A stretch of 64,000 bases of DNA from an uncultured Chthonomonadaceae bacterium. GTDB taxonomy: Bacteria; Armatimonadota; Chthonomonadetes; Chthonomonadales; Chthonomonadaceae. This document shows positions 1-11,200 of this stretch, one piece after another. The translations under genes and the position numbers were made by a program. How positions within the stretch are numbered: the stretch's first letter is position 1; the number at the start of each line of letters is the position of its first letter. The stretch covers positions 128,001 through 192,000 of the forward strand of contig CAWFQB010000006.1 in the NCBI GenBank assembly GCA_963817895.1, written 5' to 3'. The notes below the pieces were generated by a model. It was not told the DNA's origin. It did no database searches and saw nothing but the letters and a program-made list of their open reading frames with translations.

Positions 1-641
1 TCAATACCCGCATCGCGCAGTATGAAATGGCGTACCGAATGCAGGCGTCCGTTCCCGACCTGATGGACTTGTCCCACGAATCGCAGGCAACCATGGAGAT
101 GTACGGGCCGGAAGCGAAGAAACCCGGCACATTCGCCGCCAACTGCCTGCTGGCGCGTCGGCTGGTGGAACGGGGCGTCCGCTTCGTGCAATTGTTTCAT
201 CGAGGCTGGGATCAGCACGGCGACCTTCCCAACCAGATTCGCGGGCCAATGCCACGATACGGATCAGCCGTCTGCCGCGCTGGTAAGGATTTGAAGCAGC
301 GCGGACTGCTGGAAGATACGCTGGTTATCTGGGGCGGCGAGTTCGGGCGCACCGTTTACAGTCAGGGGACGCTGACGCAGACCAATTACGGGCGCGACCA
401 TCATGGGCGGTGCTTCACGCGCTGGATCGCGGGCGGCGGCTTCAAGGGCGGGCTGTCGTATGGCGAAACCGACGATTTCTGCTACAACATTACGGAAAAC
501 CCCGTCCATATCCACGACATGAACGCGACGGTTCTGCACCAGTTGGGCATTGACCACACGCGCCTGACGTATCGCTATCAGGGCCGCGACTATCGCCTGA
601 CCGATGTAGCCGGGAACGTCGTCAACGATTTGATTTCCTAA
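1..641 (+). CDS. DUF1501 family protein (C-terminal part; runs off window start)
   Basis: Motifs [64 protein letters not shown]. Two compensating indels near 245-285 scramble the expected [12 protein letters not shown] segment. Confidence 0.9.
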   Translation, partial: NTRIAQYEMAYRMQASVPDLMDLSHESQATMEMYGPEAKKPGTFAANCLLARRLVERGVRFVQLFHRGWDQHGDLPNQIRGPMPRYGSAVCRAGKDLKQRGLLEDTLVIWGGEFGRTVYSQGTLTQTNYGRDHHGRCFTRWIAGGGFKGGLSYGETDDFCYNITENPVHIHDMNATVLHQLGIDHTRLTYRYQGRDYRLTDVAGNVVNDLIS

Positions 642-735
642 TTTTCTGCTGCGCAGTGGCCCTCATCCCCAGCCCTTCTCCCAACTTTGGGAGAAGGGGG
701 CAATTGTGGAGGCGCGAAGAAGGTGAGAAGCAAGT

Positions 736-1279
736 ATGATCGCTGTAAAATCTCGAATGACCGAACAGGAGTTTATGCGGCTGCCCGATGATGGGTATAA
801 GTATGAACTTGTGGATGGGGAGGCCAAAATCGTGCCGACAAGCATAATCCATGATATTATCGTCGGCAATCTGCATGCGGCACTCAGGCCGGTAGCGCGC
901 AGGAGGGGCTATATGACAGCTCGGGCAGGCAGGCTTCCGCATGACTTCCGCTAACATTCGCTGCCCCGACATGTCATTTACGCGGCGCGAACGTTTCCCC
1001 AATGGTCTGCCGCCGGAAGGTTTCGGGGATTCTGCGCCCGACCTATGTGTTGAGGTCATTTCGCCCTCCGAAGAGCGCGCCGACATGGAACGTAAACTGC
1101 GCGAATACTTTGCTTCCGGCGCGCAGATTGTCTGGCACATGTTTCCCGAAACGCAAACCATCCGCGCCTACACATCGTCCACACAGTTTGAAACCTACAC
1201 AGTTGAGGACGAGATCGGCCTGCCTGATTTGCTTCCCGGCTTCCGCGTTGCGGTTGCGGAACTGTTCGTAATTGAATAG
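736..1279 (+). CDS. Uma2 family (DUF820) endonuclease, frameshifted near 925
   Basis: ORF 736-954 (MTEQEFMRLPDDGYKYELVDG) continues into ORF 941-1279 (PDMSF, APDLCVEVISPS, KLREYFASG, LLPGF). Confidence 0.85.
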
Positions 1280-1293
1280 CAAGGATGTGGAAT

Positions 1294-2799
1294 ATGCCTG
1301 AGCGCAGATCGCGGCGAACGTTTCTACAATCTACTGCGGCTGTCAACACTGAGATTGGCGCGAGTGACCTTGCCGCGTTTGCGGAGTTGAGTCCGGCGAC
1401 GCCTGCGGAAACGCGGGTGACGCCGGACATTGTTCGTTACAGCCCGGACATAGAACCCATTGTCCGCCTGATGGAAGACACGCCGATTGACCATTGCCCG
1501 GAAATGCTGGCGGAACAACTGCGAGGGGGCAAGTCTTATCGGCAATTGCTGGCGGGATTGTTTCTGGCGGCTCTGCGCGGACCGAGTTCCATTGCGCACA
1601 GCGTTTTCGTAATTCATGCCGCGCATGAAATGAGTTTGGACGCGCCGGTTGAGGAACGTTTGCTGCCCCTGTTCTGGGCGCTGAACAACTACAAATACTG
1701 GTACAACTGGCACGCGCAAAACCCCAATCGGCTGTTGCCTTTCAAGGGCGTTCTCCCCCCTGCGGAAACGGCGGAAACCGAATTCCATGCCGCCATGCGG
1801 CAGGCGGACGGAACCAAAGCGGAAGCGGCTATGCTGTCAATATTGCGCAGTCGGGGCGCGTCGCATGTCATGGGGTTGCTGTGGCCGTATGGGGCGCAGG
1901 ACTGCGTAGATGTCGGGCATTGCGCCATTACGGTCAGCAATGTATGCCGCGTCCTGCCCACTATTGGCCGACAACATGCCGAACCGATGCTGCGCTGGGT
2001 TTTGCAGCGGCTTATCTCAAAAGGGGATCAAACCTATCTTCCCAACCAAGAACGGGCGCGGCAGGCAATCGGTAAACTGCCCGGAAATTGGGCGGCGAGT
2101 GGGGGCGAAACGGGAGTAACGCGCGAACTGCTGGCGCAGATGCGGGACTTGAAAACCTCTGACGCCTGTGATCTGGCTGTAACCTGTTTGACCACGGGCA
2201 AAGCGCGGGCGGGAGCCGTCTGGGACGCCATTCATCTCAACGCCGGGGAAGTGATGATGCGCGGGGCCGATGACGGTCATTCCCTCCATGCCAATACCGC
2301 CGCCAACGCCCTGCATCACGCTTTTCATACCAGCGATGTTTCCGCCGACCGCCTGTTGATAGCGCTTCAGGCCATCGGCTGGCAGTGCCAATCCCGCCGC
2401 CGCAAAATGGAAACCGACGCGCAATGGCGGGCCAGTACGCTTAAAATAGATGAATTGACCGACACAGATATTCCCGCAACCGAAGACGAAACGACGGCTG
2501 AAATACTGGCAAGCCTGTCCGCGCAGCCGCATACCGCCGCCCGCAAAGCCTTTGCCCTGTCACAGCAACACCCTGACGCGCAGATGTTTCAGGGGGCTGT
2601 TCGGCGTCTGACAGTGGTAAAAGCCTCCGTGAACGCGCACGACGTCAAGTTTCCGGTTGCGATTTTCGAGGATTACGCGCAGGTTTCACCCGTCTGGCGT
2701 CCCCACCTGCTGGCAACTTCGGTCTACTGGCTCAAAGGCAGCGACACGCCCGACTCGGCAATAGTTCAACAGGCGCGGGAAGCGGTACGTAAGTTGTAA
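1294..2799 (+). CDS. Conserved hypothetical helical protein with twin-arginine-like N-terminus
   Basis: Long ORF (504 aa from 1285), SRRTFLQ motif near N-terminus, His-containing helical segments; no family recognised with certainty. Confidence 0.65.
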   Translation: MPERRSRRTFLQSTAAVNTEIGASDLAAFAELSPATPAETRVTPDIVRYSPDIEPIVRLMEDTPIDHCPEMLAEQLRGGKSYRQLLAGLFLAALRGPSSIAHSVFVIHAAHEMSLDAPVEERLLPLFWALNNYKYWYNWHAQNPNRLLPFKGVLPPAETAETEFHAAMRQADGTKAEAAMLSILRSRGASHVMGLLWPYGAQDCVDVGHCAITVSNVCRVLPTIGRQHAEPMLRWVLQRLISKGDQTYLPNQERARQAIGKLPGNWAASGGETGVTRELLAQMRDLKTSDACDLAVTCLTTGKARAGAVWDAIHLNAGEVMMRGADDGHSLHANTAANALHHAFHTSDVSADRLLIALQAIGWQCQSRRRKMETDAQWRASTLKIDELTDTDIPATEDETTAEILASLSAQPHTAARKAFALSQQHPDAQMFQGAVRRLTVVKASVNAHDVKFPVAIFEDYAQVSPVWRPHLLATSVYWLKGSDTPDSAIVQQAREAVRKL

Positions 2800-2909
2800 G
2801 CGTATCCCAACGGTCTCCTGAATTTCCCCTGCGCAAGGCTGTATAAAACTACAGACAGAAAGCGTTTCTCGCCTATCTATAACATCTTATTGGAAAGGAG
2901 CAAACCATT

Positions 2910-3815
2910 ATGCCCGGTCCCTTCCCCGGCATGGATCCTTATCTGGAAAACAGAATTTTGTGGAACGGAGTTTGTCAAGGTCTAATATGCAGCATCAACG
3001 CGTTGCTTAATGCAGCGTTGCCGGTTAATTACTTTGCTGAAATTTGTGAACGCCGGACGCTAATGATCCCGTCCCACGACTTGTACCCGGACGCGCTGGT
3101 GTTTCAGCAACGTTCGTCAAAGCCACTCTCAACATTCAATAATGGCAAAGACACAGCCGCGCCAGAGGCCGTAATGGTTGAGATGAGCGATGATCCTGTC
3201 ATTCTGGTAGCAGAGCCGGTGGAAGCGCGCGAGGTCTTTGTGGAAGTGCGGCCGGCAGGCGATGAAACGCGAGTTATAACCGTTATTGAGGTTTTGAATT
3301 TCGTCAACAAAACGCCGGGACTGTTGGCACGCGAACGGTACTTGAACAAACAGCAAACCCTACTGCATAGTGGAACGCATCTTATTGAAGTTGACCTGCT
3401 ACGAACTGGCGACCACACGGTTGCCGCGCCGTTACCCACCTTGAGCGACCACATTCAACACTGGTACAATCTAGTTTGCCTGCATCGAGGCGGGGCTGGA
3501 TATCGCTTTGAAGTTCGGCCGCGTACAATTCGGGACCGACTGCCACGCATTCGCGTTCCGCTGGAAAACGGGTTGCCGGATGTGGTTTTGGACCTACAGC
3601 AAGCCTTTGACCGCAATTATGAGGGAGGGGCGTATATTCGGCGCATAGATTACAGCAAGCCCGCGTCCATTCCCGTTCGCCCGCCCGATGCGGCGTGGGC
3701 GGACGCGCTGCTGCGCTCACAGGGGCTGCGTCCACAGCCCGACTTATCACAACAAACGGCCTCACAGGAAAATACAATTTCGCAGGAACCAACGCCACAG
3801 GAGCCAAATCAATGA
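2910..3815 (+). CDS. DUF4058 family protein
   Basis: Typical start MPGPFPGMDPYLE, ITVIEVL..NK, HLIEVDLLR, DVVLDLQ..F..Y; RBS AAGGAG upstream. Confidence 0.9.
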   Translation: MPGPFPGMDPYLENRILWNGVCQGLICSINALLNAALPVNYFAEICERRTLMIPSHDLYPDALVFQQRSSKPLSTFNNGKDTAAPEAVMVEMSDDPVILVAEPVEAREVFVEVRPAGDETRVITVIEVLNFVNKTPGLLARERYLNKQQTLLHSGTHLIEVDLLRTGDHTVAAPLPTLSDHIQHWYNLVCLHRGGAGYRFEVRPRTIRDRLPRIRVPLENGLPDVVLDLQQAFDRNYEGGAYIRRIDYSKPASIPVRPPDAAWADALLRSQGLRPQPDLSQQTASQENTISQEPTPQEPNQ

Positions 3816-4624
3816 AGAATACGCTTACCGAAGAACAGATTACGCAGTATCAGGAGCAGGGATTCCTCGTCATTGACCACTTTCTCGAACCGGACGAACT
3901 GGAACACTGGCGACAAACCACGCAGGAGGCCGTCAATCAGCGGATCGAGCAGACGCGGGGCAAAGATTGGTTCGAAGCGCTGAACAATCAGGCCGACCCG
4001 GACAACTATTACGCGCAAGTGTTCACGCAATGCCTGAAACTGGCGGACTCGCATCCAGGCATGCATGAACTGATGTTCGATCCGCGTTTGGGCGAAATGG
4101 CGGCGACACTGGCGGGCGTGGACGGAATTCGCATCTGGCACGATCAGGCCCTGTTCAAGCCCGCCTTCGGCAACCCGACAGGCTGGCATCTGGACAACCC
4201 GTACTGGTCGTTTTCGTCCCGGCAGTCGCTTTCGCTGTGGGTCGCGCTCGACGACGCCACATTGGGCAACGGCTGTATGTGGTACGTTCCGGGCAGTCAG
4301 AAGACGGCCACCTTCGAAAACGTCGGCATCGGGCAAAATCTGGCCGACCTGTTCAAGTGTTACCCGCAGTGGCGCGAAATTGAGCCGATTGCCTGCCCCT
4401 GTCCCGCCGGTTCCGCCGTGTTTCATAGCGGCCTGACGGCGCATGGAGCCGGGGCCAACATGACCAATCGCCCCCGCCGCGCCATGACCTGCGCCTATAT
4501 GCCAGACGGCGCGACGTTCAACGGCAAGCGCAACATCTTGCCCGAAACCTACTTCAACTCCCTGCAAGTAGGCGACCCGCTGGACAACGACGCCATCAAC
4601 CCGCTCATCTGGAAAAAGCCATAA
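3812..4624 (+). CDS. Phytanoyl-CoA dioxygenase (PhyH) family 2OG-Fe(II) oxygenase
   Basis: LTEEQITQYQEQGFLVI start, WHLD, WVALDDATLGNGCM, HGAGANMT..PRRA; ATG overlaps the previous stop. Confidence 0.9.
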   Translation: MKNTLTEEQITQYQEQGFLVIDHFLEPDELEHWRQTTQEAVNQRIEQTRGKDWFEALNNQADPDNYYAQVFTQCLKLADSHPGMHELMFDPRLGEMAATLAGVDGIRIWHDQALFKPAFGNPTGWHLDNPYWSFSSRQSLSLWVALDDATLGNGCMWYVPGSQKTATFENVGIGQNLADLFKCYPQWREIEPIACPCPAGSAVFHSGLTAHGAGANMTNRPRRAMTCAYMPDGATFNGKRNILPETYFNSLQVGDPLDNDAINPLIWKKP

Positions 4625-4734
4625 TAAAATCTCCGAACTCGATGAACGCCCAAACCGAATCTTAGATGCGTTGGCCCTGACTTTGATTCTGATGCACAGA
4701 TCATTAGAAACAGGCGAGAAGCAAAACGAGCGTT

Positions 4735-6165
4735 CTACTTGGTCAGCCACGCATGGCGTTGCCGTATCTTTTCCGCCTGTTCGGGGTTGACCATGTGGAG
4801 GAAGGACAGGTAGCCACTCGCGTAGAGCAGGGCGTTTTTGCCGATCTTGTCGGACATGGTTTGCAGTCCTTCGGTTTCGCAGTGGTGGAGAAAGGCGCGG
4901 AACTTGCGCAGGTCGCTGCGGGACAGACGCGGCGTTTCATTGACCACAACTCCGGTCACGACTTGCCGATGCTGCGGGCGCATCACGCGGGTTTTGTTCT
5001 CATTGATGGTATAGCCCTCTTCCGCAAGGATGTGCCGCAAACGGGTGAACAACATGCCGGTCGGCGCTTCCTTATCGGCATGGGAAAAGACAAGGTCGTC
5101 GGCGTAGCGGGTATACGTGAAGCCGTAGCGGGTGGCGATACCGGTCAGGCGCGAGTCTAAGCGGCGGCACAGGATATTGGTAATCGCGGGGGACGTGCAG
5201 GCTCCCTGCGGCAGTTGCCGTTCGCCAATGGCGACATGCTTCTTTTGCCCGTCCAGCGTCAGGGCAACGCGGGGCGACTCGGTGCAAAGCAGAGCTAAAA
5301 TGGAAGCGACGCCCTCGTTGTAGCCCAAATGCGCAAATAAGCCCTTCACGCGCCGAAACTGAATGGACGGGAAAAAGTCTTTCAGGTCTACGCGGATTAC
5401 TATGTTTTTGCCCGTATGCTTCTGCGCGTTGTGCAGAATGGAACGTTTGGGGCGAAACGCCATTGCCGCGTCGTGAATGTTGACGCGGTTTAAGATGTTT
5501 GTTAATACCCACGCCTGCGCGGTTCGCAACTGTCGCTTGGGCGCGGAAATCGCCCGCATCCCGCCGCCGCGTTTGGGAATGGAAAAATGCGCGTAGTGGT
5601 CAATCACGGTCGCGCCCCGATGATAGGTGAGCCACGCAATCTGCTTCGGTTCCAAGCCCATCGCGCTCGCAAGTTCTTCCGCGCTGCTCAACGCGGGCAG
5701 GCTTGCGCTCTCCACTTTCGACTGGTCGCCGCCCTCGTACCGCAATCCCGCAGACACGCCATGCCCAAGATACGGCAGCGTTTTCGCCCGCCACTCCTTT
5801 ACCTGTTGCTGTCGCGCGGCCTGCTCCTCTTCCTTCTGCTGCTTTTTTACGCCCCGCGCCGCCCGTACCCGCTCAATCCGCTTTTTACGGATGTCATTAA
5901 TCAACGCGGGAATGTTGCGGCCCAACCCGATCTCTTTATCTAATGTTTGCAGTTCCGAACGCGCGGCCTGCAAGCCCGGATAGAGTTCTTTCAGTCTGGC
6001 TTCCGCGTCCGCGATCTGCTGTGTGACGCCCACGGCGGGCGGCCAGAACCCCAAGCGTTCCATCTCCTCTTTGATGAACGCTTCCTTGCCGATTTCGCGC
6101 ATCCGGTCGCGCCAGTTGGCCTGCATCCCGGCTTCAGGTTGAGTAGTTGTGGTATCGGTGGTCAT
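4735..6165 (-). CDS. Retron-type reverse transcriptase with long N-terminal coiled-coil extension (type XIII / myxobacterial-like)
   Basis: IPKRGGGMRAISAP, region X NAQKH, DLKDFFPSI, LPQGACTSPAITN, YTRYADDLVFS, region Y QVVTGVVVN; no maturase, RNase H or Cas1 domain. Confidence 0.93.
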   Translation of the reverse strand: MTTDTTTTQPEAGMQANWRDRMREIGKEAFIKEEMERLGFWPPAVGVTQQIADAEARLKELYPGLQAARSELQTLDKEIGLGRNIPALINDIRKKRIERVRAARGVKKQQKEEEQAARQQQVKEWRAKTLPYLGHGVSAGLRYEGGDQSKVESASLPALSSAEELASAMGLEPKQIAWLTYHRGATVIDHYAHFSIPKRGGGMRAISAPKRQLRTAQAWVLTNILNRVNIHDAAMAFRPKRSILHNAQKHTGKNIVIRVDLKDFFPSIQFRRVKGLFAHLGYNEGVASILALLCTESPRVALTLDGQKKHVAIGERQLPQGACTSPAITNILCRRLDSRLTGIATRYGFTYTRYADDLVFSHADKEAPTGMLFTRLRHILAEEGYTINENKTRVMRPQHRQVVTGVVVNETPRLSRSDLRKFRAFLHHCETEGLQTMSDKIGKNALLYASGYLSFLHMVNPEQAEKIRQRHAWLTK

Positions 6166-6175
6166 GGGAACTCCA

Positions 6176-6290
6176 GAGGTAGATGGGTAGATAGGTAGGA
6201 AATGCCTGTTTCCCTGCGAAATGGCGTGAAGAAAAGGTAGGGAGGATCATGTTCTACCCATCTACCCATCTACCTGCCTACCCATCTATC
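6176..6290. repeat. 8-mer tandem repeat arranged as an inverted pair (GGTAGATG / CTACCCAT)
   Basis: ggtagatgggtagataggtag near 6178 versus ctacccatctacccatctacc near 6254, overlapping the end of the SWIM gene. Confidence 0.7.
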
Positions 6291-8257
6291 ATCTTCTGAA
6301 ACTGCGCTTCCGTCAAAACTTTCACGCCCAATTGCTGCGCTTTGGCGAGTTTGGAACCGGCTTTGTCTCCGGCAACGAGGTACGTGGTGTTTTTGCTCAC
6401 GCTGCCGGAGGCGGTTCCGCCGTACTGTTGTACGAGGTCTTCCGCCTGATCGCGGGTGAACAGCGTTAAAGCGCCGGTGAAGACGAACACTTGTCCGGCG
6501 AACAGGTTTGGGTTAATGCCGCTGCTTGGTTTGGCGTCTTTATTCGCCATTTGCAGCGCGACCTGCTCGGAGGCAAGCGCGGCAGCGGCGAGAATGTGGG
6601 CGCACGGGCCTTTGCGCAGTTTTTCCCGCTTGAAGAACGAGCATGAGCATTGCGCGTACTGAACGCGCCCGTCCAGATCAACGTCGAGAATCACATCCTG
6701 CGTTTTGTTGCCCCGCGCATCGTCGCGTACCTCCGCCTGAACCCGAACCCGGTCTTCGTCCCCCACTGGCGCGCCAAAGGCCAGTTTGCTGTCATCAACT
6801 ACATCCGCCCATTTCACGCCCTTTGCGGTGACAATGCGTTTGGCGTGCGCCATGCGCTTGTCCTGCTCGGTTTCGGGCAATGCAATGGGAACCGGAAGCA
6901 GCGCGCGCCAGCGATAGTGTCCCGTGATATGATCGTACATCGCCTGCCCCTGCGCACAGCACTGCTGCAAGGCTGACGTTGCGGCATCACGGGGTATGGA
7001 CAACTCCGCCGCCAGCATTTCCGGCGTGATATGCAGTTTATCGGATAAAACTTTCAGGGCTTTTTCAACCACATCCGGGGGCGCGGTGTTGGTGGACGCC
7101 AGCAGATCGAAACGCGCGGCCTGAGCCCAATCGTTTTTGGTCCAGCCGGACAAGCCCAAATCAAACCGCTGATTCTTCTGAAAGACGGTCCAGTAGGAGG
7201 GCAGACCGCCGCCAAGCAGTCGCACCTGCACCCAATCCGCATGGGGCAACAGCGATTCCATGACGAGCAGACGGCGACGGCCCCATATACGGATTTCGCC
7301 CTCGACCTGCCCGGTATAAACGTGTTCGTATTCCTGAACCACGTCGTTCCAGGGTTCCACGACTATGGAGGGTTTTTCTCCCGGCTTGACCACAAAGCGC
7401 AGCGAACGCGGCCCGACCTTTTCCCGCTTGCGGCGCAGAATGGCAAGCACATCCGCGACGGTTGACGCGCTGAGTTTCAAATCCACCGTGCCGAACGCGA
7501 CTGCCGACTGCACCTGCAAAAAGCCGCGCACCCATGAGGGCGGCAGGTCAATCTTCTTTTCCACCGACTCGCCCGCGCTTGTGGCAAGAGTGACGCCCTC
7601 CGCGCCGATCTGCAAAAAGGCGGGGCGGTAACTGCGAATACGCCGGATTTCATCGGCAAGCGGGCGGCTGTAATCAATGTTGGTCGTGCCGTAAACGGCG
7701 GTTCCGAAAACATCCAAACTTTCGGTCGGAACCGTAACGCGCCCGTAACTCAACTCGTCCTGCGAAAACACTTCGAAAATCAGGCAGTCGGGATGAACGC
7801 TGACGACGGGATCAAGCACCCACCATGCATCTTTGTCATGTTCCAACAGCCACGCGAAGTACCGCCGTTTGTGCTGATAGTACACGCCGCCGGAAGCGAG
7901 ATTTTCCAAATCCCACACCTCTTTTTGGCGCTTGCTGACATTGGCCTGAACCGTTTTGCGCTGTTCCATCAGGGCGGGCAGGGCGGCGGCGCGTTCCGTC
8001 ATCTGCGAACCCAATTCTTCCAGATACCGCTGCTGTACCCACTCCTGATAGGCGGTATGGTCTTTGGGCGCGTTGCGCAAATCGGACGTGACGACTTCAT
8101 ACAAAGCGAGCATCAGGCGGGCATACGCCAGGCTGTCCTTAACCATCGCATCCAGATGTACGCCGGGGCGCGACTGTTCGGCAGACACATCCAGATGCAT
8201 CCCATCCGAAGCCATATTCCCGCTGCTCGGGCGGGCGTAGTGTTGTGTTATTTCCAT
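6278..8257 (-). CDS. SWIM zinc-finger protein with C-terminal BRCT domain (retron-associated)
   Basis: LDPVVSVHPD..FEVFSQDE, GTTNIDYS, EKKIDLPPSWVRGFLQVQ; SWIM CSC-x12-CAH; C-terminal FVFTGAL..GG..SGSVSKNTTYLVAGDKAGSKLAKAQQLGV resembles the LigA BRCT. Confidence 0.85.
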   Translation of the reverse strand: MEITQHYARPSSGNMASDGMHLDVSAEQSRPGVHLDAMVKDSLAYARLMLALYEVVTSDLRNAPKDHTAYQEWVQQRYLEELGSQMTERAAALPALMEQRKTVQANVSKRQKEVWDLENLASGGVYYQHKRRYFAWLLEHDKDAWWVLDPVVSVHPDCLIFEVFSQDELSYGRVTVPTESLDVFGTAVYGTTNIDYSRPLADEIRRIRSYRPAFLQIGAEGVTLATSAGESVEKKIDLPPSWVRGFLQVQSAVAFGTVDLKLSASTVADVLAILRRKREKVGPRSLRFVVKPGEKPSIVVEPWNDVVQEYEHVYTGQVEGEIRIWGRRRLLVMESLLPHADWVQVRLLGGGLPSYWTVFQKNQRFDLGLSGWTKNDWAQAARFDLLASTNTAPPDVVEKALKVLSDKLHITPEMLAAELSIPRDAATSALQQCCAQGQAMYDHITGHYRWRALLPVPIALPETEQDKRMAHAKRIVTAKGVKWADVVDDSKLAFGAPVGDEDRVRVQAEVRDDARGNKTQDVILDVDLDGRVQYAQCSCSFFKREKLRKGPCAHILAAAALASEQVALQMANKDAKPSSGINPNLFAGQVFVFTGALTLFTRDQAEDLVQQYGGTASGSVSKNTTYLVAGDKAGSKLAKAQQLGVKVLTEAQFQKMIDG

Positions 8258-8261
8258 CTTT

Positions 8262-11200
8262 CTAAACCTCTACTCCCTCAATTTCTACACCCGTCAGCGC
8301 CAACCGCGCCAGTTGTCCCAATGCCCACTCCGCGTCACGGGACGAGCGGCCGCGCGCCAGTTCCAGCAGGAGGGGGATGTCTTGAGAGGGTTCCGCGTCC
8401 AGGCGGCGCTTGACCAGTTCTTTGGCGGTTCGGCTCTGATTGCGGGCGCGGAGTACCTGCCGGTCGAAGGTGGGGGCCTGCGCGAATCGTTCGCCGGTTT
8501 TTAACAGGCGTTGCGCGAGAAACGCTTGCATTTGCGGGTCGGTGTTTTCCGACAGGCGGCTGAAAACGGCTTCGTGGTCAACCTTTTCCCAACGCGCCAG
8601 CAGATACTCGCGCCCGTAAGCCCGAACGAGGGCTTTGGGGCTGTCACACAGGGCAGTGATGTACTCGATGCTGTGTTCGTCGTTTGGCGGCACGGCTTCA
8701 AAGAACGTATCACCCATTGCTACGGCGGGCGGCAGTTCGGATTCCAGCAGGCGCAGGGCGAACGGCATCCGCATGCCCACCTGCGCCACGCGCTGCAAAC
8801 CCCAGGCGCGAATATCCGGCAGCGCATGGGTGGCGATTTGCAGCAGGGCAGAGGAGTCGGCGGCAAACAAATTTTCATGCGCCTGTACCCAACGGCCTAA
8901 AATGGCGTTGTACAGCGGGTTGGACGTATTCAGGAATTCGGGATCGTTCAGCGTCAGAAAAGTTGCGCTGAGTACGTCGTCTTCGAGCAGGCGCGCGGTT
9001 AGTGTCGGGTTGTTTGCCGCGCCGACCTGCTTCCACGCCAGTTGCCAGAAAGCCGAAATTTGCCCGGATTGTTCTAATCCGTTCACGATGATTTGCCGCA
9101 GTTCAGGCCATTGCGTGTCCGTTGCCGCCTGCGCCAATCCCAGGATAGACGCAACGGGCAGAACGCGAACGATGTTTTGCAGCGCGGATTGGGGAAGCAG
9201 GCCGACAAGGAATGGGCGCGTTTCCAGCAAGCCCTGCAATCGGGTTCCGTCCAGCGACAGGCGATTGAACAGGGCAATGGCAGAAGAGGAAGCGGTTGCG
9301 GTTCGCAGCGCGTCCGTTTCCGTTGTGGCTGCGAGCAGGCTATCCCATATCGGGATTAGATCGCTGTCCGGCGTCGCGCTGGCCGCGATCAGGTCCCAAC
9401 TGACGCGCCGTATCCATTCCGAAGTGGAATTCACCAGTTCTTTTATTTTCGCCGGAGGAATGGGTTTGGAGCGAACGTTCGCGTCAATAGCGTCCAGAGC
9501 GGAATCGCGCAAATCCACTTCCACCGCTTCTATCGCTTGCAGCCACACATCCAAATACGCGAGGGGAGCCTGCCGGAATGTGTCCAATCCCCACGCCAGC
9601 AGTTCCGCGCGGCGCGTGGCGTACAGCATTACGGCCAGTTGCGGAGTTACCTGCTTGCTCAACACCGCCGGGAAATGGGCGACAAGATACGCGAACGCAA
9701 GCCCCTGTCGGCGCGTTAATCGGCTGCCTTCAACCTTCTCGCCAGCCAGTTTGTACAGGCGGTTGGCGAAAGGGTTACTCCAGCGACTGCTCAAACTTGT
9801 TTGCCGCGCAATATAATCCGTCACGGCTTTGCGCGAACGCCCACTCCCCTTGAAAAACGTTTCCGCCGCCAAATCCACCGCGATGGTTTCATTGTTATTG
9901 AGTTTGGCGGCAAGGGCGCAGGTGGCAACGGAAACCAGCAACGCCGAGGGGGATTGCAGAAATCGTATCAGTGTCGCGTCAGGAATGGCAGGCAAATCGC
10001 GTTTCATGCCGCGCAGCATTTTGCAGGCCGCTTCCTGCGTTTGCCAGGGCAGTTCGGGCGTGGCGAAGAGCGTTTCCGCGTGTTGCGGGTAGCGATCCCA
10101 GAATTCGGGATAGCGTTCCTCGCGGGTTCGCATATTGAGGTGATTGCCCTTTAAGATGTACGCCCCCCGCCCGTGTCCCGCCTGCTCATAGCGGCGCGAG
10201 TTACCGTACAGTATGTCCATGGAAACCCATTGAACGCGGGCGTCTATTTCCGTCCGGTCTTTGCCGGTTGTCAGAAGAATCTGAACGGCTTGCTGAATGT
10301 ACCGCGCGGGGTCTTGTTCGGCAAGGGTTCGCAGGGCGCGGCGAACGCGGCGTTTCATGTAGCCGAATGTTTGATTGGACGGAAGCGCGCCGAGCAGGAA
10401 GGGGCGTTCGAGTTGGGTTACATCCACTGCTTGAAATAGCGCGGGCAGATGGTTTTCAGTTTGAAGCGCTAGAAACAGGAGATGGGGCGCGGCGGCGGAA
10501 ACGGCAATCCTGCCGCCCCTGCCACCGGTAAACTCGCCTACAATGCGCGGCTGCGTGGCAACGGCAATGTCCACGATTTTTACGCCGCTTTGTTCGACGT
10601 TATTATAGCCTGGCCCTTCAAAACTGACAAAAGCATGCCCCTTGCCGAGTACAAGGGAGGTCGCGCTTTCAAATTTCAGCGTTATGGCGGGAATGACAGG
10701 GATGTGAGCGGCATCCAAACGGTATACGCGCAGCCCCAAATTCTCCGAAGCCGTCTCGTAGTAGTTGGCGCGTCCGACTGTGACAAACAGGTGATTGTCC
10801 CGAATGGCAATGTCCGTCGCCCCCGGAACGTCCAGCGAGTTCACCTGACGCGGCTGAAAAGGGTTGGATAAATCGTAGGTGACGATTTTCTGGCGGTTGT
10901 TATAGCGCTCACCCGACAGAATGTAAATGCGCTGATTGGCTACGGCAAAACTGAGAGGTACGTCTATTTTGGTTTTGCTGACGGTGACAAGATTAGCGGG
11001 ATTGGAAACGTTCAGAATCGTCAAATAGGATTCGCGGTAGTGGTTGCTGATAACGGCTACGGCTGCGCCCAAATAGGCGATGCGAGTAGGATATTTCAAA
11101 TCGCCGGCGCCAATGCTGCGCGGATTGGCCGGGTCGGACACCTCCAGAACATGAACCATGCCCTCTTTGTTGTAATTCTGGCCGCCTTGCAGCACATAAG

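Noticed and set aside
4735..6165. Group II intron, DGR or Cas1-associated RT
   Set aside because: NAxxH and VTG retron motifs are present; no maturase domain, Avd gene, TR/VR pair or Cas1 is visible.
6166..6277. msr-msd immediately upstream of the RT
   Set aside because: Only an 8-mer tandem inverted repeat of the kind found in other intergenic regions (e.g. 25760-25878).
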